A DNA stretch of 64,000 nt from positions 208,791-272,790 of the forward strand of contig CAJFCJ010000070.1 of assembly GCA_904063045.1 (NCBI GenBank). Reading direction: 5' to 3'. Under the pieces are notes generated by a model. It saw only the letters and a program-made list of their open reading frames with translations. It did no database searches and had not been told where the DNA came from. The translations under genes were made by a program, and so were the position numbers. Source of the stretch: Dimorphilus gyrociliatus (taxonomy: Eukaryota; Animalia; Annelida). Shown here piece after piece: positions 1-10,921 of this stretch (position 1 is the first letter of the stretch; every line of letters begins with the position of its first letter).

Positions 1-3000
1 TGCTGCAGTTTGAAATCTGCATCCTTTCTTTGTGTAATAGATGAATGTTTTCTTTCCAGAATACATTGCATGTTGATTGTGTTCAATGTCCAGTGGGTTT
101 TTCTTAATTTTGAACAGGTGTTGTGTTTGGTCACAACCTCCATATCTTATATCTTCTTTTGTTATGTGGTAAGCATGATGGAGTATTGGATCAACTGAGA
201 ATAAGAGATCTTTATACTTGATGAGAAATTCTTTGGAGCATAATCCACTTTTGGTGATAATTGTTGTATCACACACTACTTGAACTGATTTTAATTCTGT
301 ACAAGTATTTAAGGTTGTTAGATCACCAAGCCATGTACTGTGCATTCCATGCTTAGATCCAAGTATTGTTGGTAGTTGAGGTGCCAATGGTGTGAGTAAT
401 GCTACCATCTTGTTTCTCATAATGAATTCTTTGCATAGAAGTTGTGATACTTGTTTGAAAACTGTTTGTAAATTTTGGAAATTTTTATCAATGTTATTTA
501 ATAAAGCAGATGTTCAAATAGCATCTGCTATGTCTATTTTGTGAAATTTTGGCATCTGTATGCTTTCTGATACTCTTCTCCTCCATTCATGCTTCTTTGG
601 TGTTCTTTGCAAAAGTGTAAATTTTCCATTTGCTTGATGTGTTTGAAATTGTTTATCTTTTGGACTTTGGTACCAAGTGTCCAGTCTTGGTAAGGGATTG
701 AAACTAATTTTCTTCTTGTTGAGTTCAAAATCTTCTGCTTTTGCCATTCTATCAGGTTCCATTTTGGTTGTTTTCAACATTTTGAGTATGTATTTGTTGT
801 TAATATCCCATATATCAGGTGAGATTATTTCTCTGACCATCCAGGTCCTAACCAGTGGTGTTACATGATTTTTGATCAGCATATGATAAGTCTTGTCACC
901 ATCTCTATACCAATCATTATAGGTTAGTATATTTTGTATTTCTGTATTATTTGCTTTTCTCAAAGTTGATATCTTTCCATCATAATTCTGCAATCTTGCA
1001 ACTTCTTTGTTTGAAATGATTTTATATTTGATATCTGCCATCATTCTGTTATCAGCATAATTTGAATTTGTAAGATCAGTTCTTAATAAGTCGTATTCCT
1101 TCTGGGGTACTAAAATTCTTGTTCCAGGACCACCATATCCTTTGATATATCTATCTTGATAAGGTAAATCCATTATTGCATAGTTGGGACATGAAAAATA
1201 TCCTCCAAGCTTAATGCACTCTACATTGTAGGATACTGCTTTCCATGGGGATTCATGACCAAGGAGATTTTGTCCTTTCTGAGGATTGAAAATGATAATG
1301 GAATCCAGAGTTCTACAAAATTTATGTTTGATAGAACAGTCCTCTAAATATTCCAAGTTGGTTGTTATCTTATCCTGACTTGGGTGCCAATAAGCTTTGC
1401 CAATTTGGAGAATTGTTGTAAATTCTTCAACCACTGTTGTTCTTGGCCATTTGTAGTTTGATCCTTTGTTTTCATTGTACATTAGAAGGTTTCCTTTTTC
1501 AATGAGTTTTTGTCCATTTAAGGTCTTTTTTGACAATAACATTTTTCTGCATTGTTTGTCACTTAAGGTAAGTGTTTGTTTTTCAACTCTGTGTTTCTTT
1601 GCTCCAAAGAAGTAATGAGTGTAAAAGTTGATTCTTCTCTTTACCAAACACTTAACAGCTTGTATTGCCAAATTATCAGCTTTAATTTCATAAATATTTG
1701 CCATTATTTTGGTCATTTGTTTAGTTTTGAATGTGCAAATTGGTTCATCAGCCAGATCAAATGACTGATGTACTTGTTGCCCTTGACAGAATTGTACTGA
1801 AGGAAGCATTCTCACAGTTATGTTTGCTTTTGTTATTGATACATTTCCCTGAACCAAGTTTAATAAGCATAGCGCTAGCAGAGTGTAAACAATGGATCCT
1901 CTTATAGGAAGTGTTCCAACTTTCCTTTCTTGTTTCTCTACCTTGAGTGTGTTAACTCTAGTTGGTTGTTTGTTAGCCAATCTTAGTCTACTAGCATGGT
2001 AGAATTTTCTTTTGCCATTTAATATTTTCAATTCATAAAGACATTTTGTAGTATCAGTAGCAGTTACAATGTATGGTCCACTCCATTTGCTTGTATTTAT
2101 TCTATTCATTCCTTGACCAATGTGTTCATTTTTTATGTGTACCCATTCACCAATTTGGTAAGTTGGGGGTTTTCTTGTGATAGTTTTGTTTACTCTATCT
2201 CTATATGCCTTCTTTTTCATGACAGATTTGCACAATGCAGTTGCTCTTATTTCTTCCATATCATGCTTTCTATCAAATAGAAATTTTGTTGTTGGTTCTA
2301 ATCTTGGAACTTCCATTAACAAATCTAAGACATTCCTATTCTTCAATCCAAATAATATTTCATGTGGAGTTTTGCCTGTGCTTCCCACTGGAATTTGGTT
2401 TAAGCATGTTTGAATTATTGGTAATTGTCTTGTCCAATCTGTTAATTGTTCCATAACTACATGTTTATGTAGTGCTCTGCGAATTTCCAAATTCTTTCTT
2501 TCTACCATTCCATTACTTTGGCTATGGAATGCTGTTGTTTTTATTTTCCTTATTCCCATTGATGTAACCATCTCTGTAAATATTTCCCCCAGAAAATTCC
2601 GTCCTTGGTCTGTGAGAATTTCTTCTGGAATACCAAATATTGGAAAGTAGTTAAAAAACAAGTGTTTTGATATTTCTTCAGCTGTCTGAGTTTTTAATGG
2701 AAATAGATTTGTAAATCTTGACATGTGATCTATAATGACAAGTATGTATTTGTAAGATTCATGTCCTGTTAGTGGTCCCATTATGTCCATTGCAATTCTT
2801 TGCATTGGTAGAGTTGGATGGGGTGTTTCAACCAATAGATGTTTGTTTCCAGGTGCTCTTAATTGTTCACAGAATTTGCAATTGTTTATATGGTCTTTAA
2901 TTGTTTTCTTAAGTTGTGGATGCCAGAAAGCTTGTTCCAAAGTATGAATTGTTATGTCTACACCATAGTGTTCAAATATTTGATGTTGATGTATTTGGTT

Positions 3001-4311
3001 CAGTAGGTTTGTTAAAGTTAGTAGTGGAATTACCAGTAATGGTTGACAACCATTCAGATACCATACTAAATCATCTTTGACAAACATATGTTCAATAAAA
3101 TTTTTGTATTCCTTGAACATTTCAACATCAATATTTGCTCCTTCCAATTTTTCTACAATTTTCATTAGCGTGTCATCCAAAACTTGTTCAGTGTAGAAGT
3201 TTATCTCAACAGGTTTATTTTTTAATTTCATGACCTGTAATTTTTTGTCATCTGCTTCTTCATCATAACCATCATTATTGTCTAAAATGTCATCCAAACA
3301 ATCAGCTAAGTCTTCTAAATCTTCTGTATCAATATAAAAGCATTTAAGCATATCCTTTCTTTCTGCTAATTGTGGAATTGTATTGCCATTTTGTTTTTCT
3401 TCATTTAGTCTTTCCTTTAGTAAATTTCGGAAATCAATAACTTCATCAGTTTCTCCAATTCTGGATATCCAGTCTGCTCTGTTGGTTCTTCCAGGTATGT
3501 AAATTATTTCAAAGTCCATATCCATAAGTGCCATAACCCATTTAACAGTACTTGAATTTAATTTGTTTTGTACAAATGTTTGTACCAAATTTTGGTGATC
3601 AGTGTAAAGAAAAAATTTCTTATACTGCAAGTAATGGGAGAATTTTTGTACTGCCCAATAGACTGCAAAAGCTTCTTTTTGATAAGCTGCATACCTTAGT
3701 TGTGTATTGATTAGGAGTTTTGAAGCAAAAGAAATTGGCTTTCTTATTTTCTTTCCATCTTCTTCCCATTCTTGTTCTAAAACTGCACCAACTGCATAAT
3801 TGGAGGCATCTGTTGTTAGATAGAATGGTTTACTAAAATCAGGTAGTTGAAGTATTGGTGGTTCTGTCATTGATTTCTTTAGTGTCTGATACGCTTTCTC
3901 TGCTTCTGTAGTCCATTTTAGTCTTTCAGTCTTCTGATGTAGTTTTAATAATTCTCTCAATGGTTTTGTAATTTTTGCAAAGTCCTTGATAAATCATCTA
4001 TAATAACCACAAAATGCAACAAAACTTAGTAAAGTATTTGCAAACATTGGTAATTCAGCATCTTTTATCTTTTGAATCTTTTCTGGATCAGTTTCAATAC
4101 CTTTCTGTGTAATTCTATGACCAAGAAATTGTACTGATTCTTGTAGAAATGCACATTTGCTTAACTTGATTCTGAAGTCCTTTTCTTTGATTCTTTCCAT
4201 CAGTTTCTGTAGACTTGTGTAGTGTTCCTCCAATGTTTTGGTAAAAACAATAATATCATCCATATAGTTAATACAGAAATTTTCCAATCCATTTATGACA
4301 AAATTTGCCAT
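1..4311 (-). mobile_element. Ty3/Gypsy LTR retrotransposon B, 3' part: RT C-half, RNase H, integrase and env-like region in one reading frame, with two in-frame TGA stops (3994-3996, 514-516); runs off the window edge
   Basis: YMDDII RT motif (ORF 3994..4311). RNase H TDASNYAVGAVL. Integrase HHCC zinc finger plus IAMDIMGP / LTDQG / NGMVE (D-D-E). Then a signal-like hydrophobic segment and a Cys-containing env region homologous to 10922-13340. The frame continues across both TGAs. Confidence 0.92.
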
Positions 4312-4642
4312 AATATAGCCTCAATATAAGTAACAAGATCCTCCAATTTCTGGATTGCTTTCATATGTTGCTTTATTTTATGAAATTCATTTGGAATAAC
4401 ATCAGCAGGTAAGAATGGTAATGCCAATAGCTTTTTCATTTCAGTCCATTGTCCAGTATGGCTTTTATATTCAGCAGAATAACCCAATTCCTACAAAATC
4501 CAAAAGAAAATTAATTTTTTAAGAAAATATTAAACACAAAAAAATTATGTACTTGAATCTTTCTGAAAACTGTCATTTATTCAATTGATGGAAAGATAGT
4601 AAGAAATGTAGAATTATTTCATATTTTTATCTGTAATACTAC
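4312..4642 (-). pseudogene. MULE transposase C-terminal fragment between Gypsy B RT and the Gypsy A LTR
   Basis: MKKLLALPFLPADVIPNEF...LVTYIE matches MRQLMALPFLPSHIIP...FIDYFE of the transposase at 21973..22437; a decayed FHWNQAVYRKIQ-like exon lies at about 4555-4620. Confidence 0.8.
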
Positions 4643-5277
4643 TGTACAACTTTGGTTATATTTTACATGCTTGAACTCTATTATTTTATGCAACATATAC
4701 ATGTACATCTTAAAACCTACGCAAGAAAATGCTATAACATTGGCCAAACATAAGTCTGATTAGTCAGCTTGAAGGTTCATCTTTAATTACCAATAAAGGT
4801 TTGGCCAAGTTATAATTTAATTAACTTGCCTAGGGTGTGGCCAAGTTATAATTCAATTAACCTTCCTAAATGTTGAACCTTGTAACATCCTGTTACTAAA
4901 GATAAATATGAACTACACATTTTGGCAACTGTAAAGTGATGATTGGATGTCAGAGACAAACCTCAAAGTATATAAATCCTCATTATTCTCATTTGGCATG
5001 CAGCTTCCATCTGGACCCAAGGACCTGGGAAAATCATCTGGAAACAACCTCCACTGGAACCATCCATCTACTCCTCAACATTGGAAGACAGTTTGGTAAT
5101 TTGGCAACCTGCTATTACAAACTATCTACTCTGCTATTGAACTCTCATATTGTTACTTGCTTAAGTATTATTATTGTGAATAAACCATTTTAATTTAAAC
5201 ATTTGTTTAAAGGTTCGAGTAGAACCAGTATTGTTATAACTTGCAAACGCATAGATTTTGCCAGCAAGAGCAGTACA
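4643..5277 (+). repeat. 5' LTR of Gypsy A (635 bp)
   Basis: TGTACAAC...CAGTACA; about 6 substitutions versus 13372-14006 by manual comparison; contains an internal duplication of GGCCAAGTTATAATTYAATTAAC. Confidence 0.95.
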
Positions 5278-5281
5278 AATT

Positions 5282-5299
5282 TGGCGCAGTCGACAGGAT
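5282..5299 (+). promoter_or_regulatory. Primer binding site, probably tRNA-Ser
   Basis: TGGCGCAGTCGACAGGAT, 4 nt after the LTR; complementary to a tRNA 3' end ...AUCCUGUCGACUGCGCCA, which resembles eukaryotic tRNA-Ser. Confidence 0.8.
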
Positions 5300-5337
5300 A
5301 TTCTTTTGGTTTATTCAAAAGTTTTGAGAAAGTAAAT

Positions 5338-6237
5338 ATGGCAGAAGGAGGAAATGGAAACGCCACTGGGGCAGTTACAGACTCTAACCCTTCAACCCCA
5401 GCAACTCCAACAATTACAATTCAGCCAGCAGGAATGTCAGAAAGGCAACAAAGACTAATTGAAGACTATGATAGATTGGTGAGTGAAATGAAAAGAAATC
5501 GAATCACAATTCCAACAGATCATGGAGATGGAACACATCACCCAGCACAGAACCCAAATGTTGATATCACAACAGTAATTCAAGCATTAAGGGCTGCTTG
5601 GGACCGCCCTCAAAGAACTATTCTCAAGTTGTATGATGGAAGCAAGGAGTGTTCAAAATTCAAAGAAGACTTTAATCAGGCATGTTATGCTTATGGTTGG
5701 ATAGGAGAAGATGTTGTGAAAGCAAATCTTTTAGATTATTTAACTGGTCCTGCAAAGGATTTGGTGTTGGCTCTGGATGGAGAGCCTACTGTGGAGGAAA
5801 TATGGAAAGCCCTCCATGACGAATTTGATCTAGATCCTTTGGAGTATCAGGAGAAATTGCTTAACTTAAAGCAAATGAATGGCGAAAGTGTGGTTCAGTT
5901 TGTTAATAGAGCAAAGAAATTGATAAAGAGGTTTTCTCCACCTAGACCAATGGAACCACAATTGCTTGCAACTATGAAAGAAATAAAACTGATGGAAGTT
6001 TTACAAAGAGGATTACAACAGGATATTCTACATTTAGTGTACACCTTACATCCTAAATGTCAAACATTGGCAGAACTATATGAGGCTGCTAAGCAAGCAG
6101 AAACTTCATTAAAACTAACTCAAAGAAAACCGATCACAATGGTGTCAAAATTGGAAACTCAACAAAGAAAAGAGACCAAAAAGACCCAGGTAATCAGAAA
6201 AAGATGCTTCTACAGAAACCCCAAATTTCTGGAATAG
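5338..6237 (+). CDS. gag: Gag (retrotransposon capsid-like); 3' end probably frameshifted
   Basis: First ATG after the PBS; FKEDFNQACYAYGW...VKANLLDYLTGPAKD is typical of retrotransposon gag. Confidence 0.8.
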   Translation: MAEGGNGNATGAVTDSNPSTPATPTITIQPAGMSERQQRLIEDYDRLVSEMKRNRITIPTDHGDGTHHPAQNPNVDITTVIQALRAAWDRPQRTILKLYDGSKECSKFKEDFNQACYAYGWIGEDVVKANLLDYLTGPAKDLVLALDGEPTVEEIWKALHDEFDLDPLEYQEKLLNLKQMNGESVVQFVNRAKKLIKRFSPPRPMEPQLLATMKEIKLMEVLQRGLQQDILHLVYTLHPKCQTLAELYEAAKQAETSLKLTQRKPITMVSKLETQQRKETKKTQVIRKRCFYRNPKFLE

Positions 6238-6409
6238 AAAGCATGTACCTGACAACAAAAATGCTACTAAAGAAAAGTTTTCAAGCCAAAAAGTCCAAAA
6301 GTATGCACCAACTACAACAAATAGGTATTATAAGAAAAATCAACCAGCAAAGACGATACTGAAAGAGGAACCTAAGCTACAAAAATTAGAAACATTAGAC
6401 AATGAAAGC

Positions 6410-6876
6410 ATGTCAGAAAACGACGAAGTTCAAGATATTCTCTGTTTTTCAGATAGTGACGAATCCACTTGTCAGCTGTTACAAAGCAAACAATCTGAGC
6501 GAAATGCCTCAACATTTATTGGACAATTTGAAACTAATACTGGTTTTAAGTTTGATGCCTTGATAGACTCTGGTAGTGACAGATCTTTCATTTCAAAAAA
6601 GGTATTAAGACAAGTTCAAGGAAAAGCATCCTTCCCAGAACAAACTGTGAAAAATGCTAGAGATGCTTCAGGAAATAGCATTGAGATATGTGGAGAAATC
6701 ATTCTCAGACTTTATTTTAATCGAAAGATTATTAAACAACGCTTCTGATCAACAAAATCATTACACAACAATGTATTATTGGGTGTGACTTTCTACAACA
6801 AAATGGAGCTACCCTTGACTTTGGCAAGAGACAGATTATACTCCAGCCAGGTACAGAAAAGATTACCCTGTTGGAA
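6410..6876 (+). CDS. Aspartic protease 1 of pol (frameshift near 6745)
   Basis: FDALIDSGSDRSFIS catalytic motif; IIGCDFLQQNGATLDF follows in a shifted frame. Confidence 0.85.
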
Positions 6877-7574
6877 NNNNNNNNNNNNNNNNNNNNNNNN
6901 NNNNNNNNNNNNNNNNNNNNNNNNNNNNNNNNNNNNNNNNNNNNNNNNNNNNNNNNNNNNNNNNNNNNNNNNNNNNNNNNNNNNNNNNNNNNNNNNNNNN
7001 NNNNNNNNNNNNNNNNNNNNNNNNNNNNNNNNNNNNNNNNNNNNNNNNNNNNNNNNNNNNNNNNNNNNNNNNNNNNNNNNNNNNNNNNNNNNNNNNNNNN
7101 NNNNNNNNNNNNNNNNNNNNNNNNNNNNNNNNNNNNNNNNNNNNNNNNNNNNNNNNNNNNNNNNNNNNNNNNNNNNNNNNNNNNNNNNNNNNNNNNNNNN
7201 NNNNNNNNNNNNNNNNNNNNNNNNNNNNNNNNNNNNNNNNNNNNNNNNNNNNNNNNNNNNNNNNNNNNNNNNNNNNNNNNNNNNNNNNNNNNNNNNNNNN
7301 NNNNNNNNNNNNNNNNNNNNNNNNNNNNNNNNNNNNNNNNNNNNNNNNNNNNNNNNNNNNNNNNNNNNNNNNNNNNNNNNNNNNNNNNNNNNNNNNNNNN
7401 NNNNNNNNNNNNNNNNNNNNNNNNNNNNNNNNNNNNNNNNNNNNNNNNNNNNNNNNNNNNNNNNNNNNNNNNNNNNNNNNNNNNNNNNNNNNNNNNNNNN
7501 NNNNNNNNNNNNNNNNNNNNNNNNNNNNNNNNNNNNNNNNNNNNNNNNNNNNNNNNNNNNNNNNNNNNNNNNNN
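6877..7574. other. Assembly gap (N run)
   Basis: Continuous Ns. Confidence 1.
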
Positions 7575-9860
7575 TATGTAATGAATATCATTTGTGCTAA
7601 AGGATGTAAAGCATTTGTGCCTAAACTACCTTGATGACATAATAATATTTACCAAGTCGCTGGACCAACATTGGGAAGCATTGGAGACCATTCTTCAACA
7701 GATTCAAAAGTACAATTTTAAGATTAAACTAAGTAAATGTGTGTTTTTGAAAGAACAAGTTCAATTCTTGGGACACATTGTATCAGAAAAGGGGATTGAA
7801 ACAGATAAGTCCAAGACAGATAAATTATATAATTTACAGCCACCAGTGTTTGCAAATTCACTACTAAGCTTTGTTGCTTTTGTGGCTATTACAGAAAATT
7901 TATACAAGATTTTGCAAGAGTAGCTAAACCTCTGTATATGTTAATGAAACTACATGGGAAAAAGGATAAATTGCAATGGACTGAGGAAGCCAAGCAATCA
8001 TTTTTCAAGTTGAGAGATGCAGTAGTTAACCCTCCTGTATTACAACTACCTGATTTTGCTAAAGATTTTCACTTAACAACAGATGCATCGAATGTAGCTG
8101 TAGGAGGAGTTCTTGAACAAGTTTATGTAGATGAGAATGGGAAGAAAACAATGAAACCCATTGCCTACGCTTCAAAACAATTCAACAATAATCAAATGAA
8201 ATATGCAGCCTATCAAAAGGAAGCATTTGGTGTTTACTGGGTTGTAAAGAAATTTTTACATTACCTTCAAGACAAGCCATTCTTTTTATATACTGACCAT
8301 CAGAGTCTAGTACAAACATTTAAGCAAAACAAATTGAATGTCAGCACAGCAAAATGGGTCATGGCTTTAATGGATTTAAAATTTACAATTAACTATGTGA
8401 CAGGACAAAAAATAGAGCAGATGCATTAACAAGATTAGAAGAATATACACCCCCAAGGAAAGTAACATTTGAAGAGCTAATTCATGGAAAGATCAAAAAG
8501 GAGAATTCTCCCTCTATTTCAGTTAAAATGGAACAGTATGAACATACACCAGAGTTAACTTTTGTAGCTACCAGTGATAACAGTGAAGAGAAAATTGATT
8601 TGTCTTCTGTTGACTTACAGTCAGAGCAAGAAAAAGATGTGAATTTAAAATCAATTAAAGAATATTTAACATTGGATGGTCAGCTACCTATTCCTTATTT
8701 TGGAACTTTTACACCTTTCATAATGGAGATGTTTGTTCACAAGGAAATGATCTGGATTATCCTTGAAGAAAGAAACATTCTGGTTTACCTGACCATTTGA
8801 TGCTAACTCTGCTCCCTAAATTCCATAAAAATAAAATTCACAATCACATGGACCCAGAATGACATTACAAATAATACAAAGACCTTTGGCACCCAAAATT
8901 AAAGATTATGATTGAGAATTCAATAAAGGATTGCACTTTGTGTGAACAAATGAATGGTAGGAGTAGAGTATACCCTTTGGTAGAAACCTTTCACCCTGCA
9001 TCACCAATGAGTTGGTAGCCATGGATATAATGGGACCCTTACCCATGGTTAAGTCATACAGATTCATACTTGTGATAGTGGATCATTTCAGTAGATACAC
9101 AGTTTTATATGCACTCAAACAGCAAACAGTAAAGAAATTGCAAACCTTCTTTCAACAGATTTTTCCCATTTTTGGAATTCCAAAACAATGTTGACAGATC
9201 AAGGAAGAACTTTGTTGGTAAAGCTTTTAAGAGTTTATGAAGGTATTAGGTATTGAGAAAATCCAAACAACAGCTTATAGAAGCCAGAGCAATGGACTAG
9301 TTGAACGAAGAAATAGAAAGTGAGGAAGGAAATCAATAAATTAGTGGTGGAAGAAAATCAGCATAACTGGGTTGCAAACCTACCCTTGATTCAAGCATTT
9401 TTGAATCAATCACCTGTAGGAAGTACAAGACTACCACCCCAGGAACTTCTTTTGGCACCAGCACAAGAACACTGATTGATGTAACAATGCATACTACCTC
9501 TCCTGAAACAAATGTACTATTTGTATTCAATCACCAGCAGCAATTGGTACAGTTAAGAGCTACAGCCTTCTGTAAATCCATCATGGCAAAAGAACAATAT
9601 AGGGAAAGAAAGAATAGAAATCTCAATCTTCCAAAATATTTTGAGGTTGATGATGAAGTATTCTTAAGAAATGATGGTGCAAGAATTGCAATAACAAAAA
9701 TCCCTTCTTTAAAATGGTTAGGCCCATACCGAATAACAAAAGTCAATCATCAAAAGTGGATATATGAAATACAAATGGATGATAATACATGCAAGTTGGT
9801 ACATGGTAGCAGATTAAGACTAGCCAATGAATCTAAAAAGTTGGAAACAGGGAAAGAAGC
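7575..9860 (+). pseudogene. pol: Pol of Gypsy A: RT C-half, RNase H and integrase, broken by multiple single-base frameshifts
   Basis: YLDDIII; TDASNVAVGGVL; AMDIMGPLP, IVDHFSRY, LTDQG and NGLVERR motifs spread over consecutive ORFs 7594..10035. Confidence 0.9.
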
Positions 9861-9949
9861 AACAACAATCTTTCACCTTGTGGAGAAGGAAATAACACAC
9901 CTCCAATATCTTTCTCAGGTAGAAGGAAGAAATGACTTCCAATTCCGTT

Positions 9950-10290
9950 TGAAGAATCAAAAAGGCCAAGAAGTCATTGCCTTGTGTGACACAGGAGCAT
10001 TGAGATCCTTTATTACTGAAAAAGAATCAAGTTAATGGATGTTACAATTATGGATAAAGAAACAATTGGCTTACCAATTATAACTTCAGCTGATGGGAAA
10101 GCTTTAAAGCAAAAGGAAGCGTAAAGCTGAATATCCAATTTGCTGGAGAAAGTATGGAACAAGAATTTATAGTTATGGAAAATCTAGACATAGCAATAAT
10201 ACTTGGTTGTGATTTCCTACAAACTGTGGGAGCAAACCTCAATTTTGAAGCTAAACAGTGTTCTCTCAAATTTGATAGAAGGAAAGGGAA
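9950..10290 (+). CDS. Second retropepsin-like protease downstream of integrase (frameshifted)
   Basis: EVIALCDTGALRSFI (D-T-G) at about 9965-10015, and IILGCDFLQTVGANLNF at about 10195-10250. Confidence 0.8.
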
Positions 10291-10582
10291 CCTGGCTGAA
10301 AGAATAAGGCAACCTCAACTAAACAAAGTCACTATAGCCATGATGGGACAGCATGACTCTTCATCAGAAAGCTCAGATAGTGATGACTCAGAGATGGAAG
10401 TTACTAATTCTGATACTGGTTATGACACAAGCAATACTTTCAAAACAGACAGTAATTACAGTCTCAATGAACCTTCAAGCTCATCTGAAAGTGATGACAC
10501 AGAAACAAATAATGAACTGGATCAAAATACAGATTCAGAGGCAAACATTATCTCTGATAGAGAAGATGAAATACCTAGTTCA

Positions 10583-10790
10583 GACAATGAGTCAATAATT
10601 ATTGAAAGTGAAATTATTGATATAACCCATTCTGATAATGAGTCAATAATTATTGAAGGTGAAATTATTGACATAACCCATTCAGATAATGAGTCCCTCA
10701 TAGTGGTAGATTCATCCCAAGATGAGAAAGAAAATACAAGTGACACAGACAATGAGTCAGTCATATTTTTAGATGAGACTAAAATCATCT
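10583..10790 (+). repeat. 57-bp coding tandem repeat (DNESIIIESEIIDITHS) in an acidic Ser/Asp spacer
   Basis: Repeats visible in DNA and in ORF 10154..12238. Confidence 0.85.
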
Positions 10791-10921
10791 CTGAACAATT
10801 AGATTCCCAACAAGAAGTGGAACCACAATATATAGAGTTAGAAGATGGAATAACTATCAGAGTGGAACAACAACACAAAATTTTCAACCATTCAACTATA
10901 GCCAACACAGGAAGAGCTAAC

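Noticed and set aside
4936-5193. 85-aa ORF repeated at 13665..13922 and partly at 42553..42771
   Set aside because: It lies within the LTR; its recurrence reflects LTR identity, and there is no protein motif.
5282-5299. tRNA-like sequence
   Set aside because: Only an 18-nt primer binding site; no cloverleaf. No tRNA or rRNA gene was recognised anywhere in the window.
6779-7600. ORFs spanning poly-X
   Set aside because: Artefacts of the N gap.
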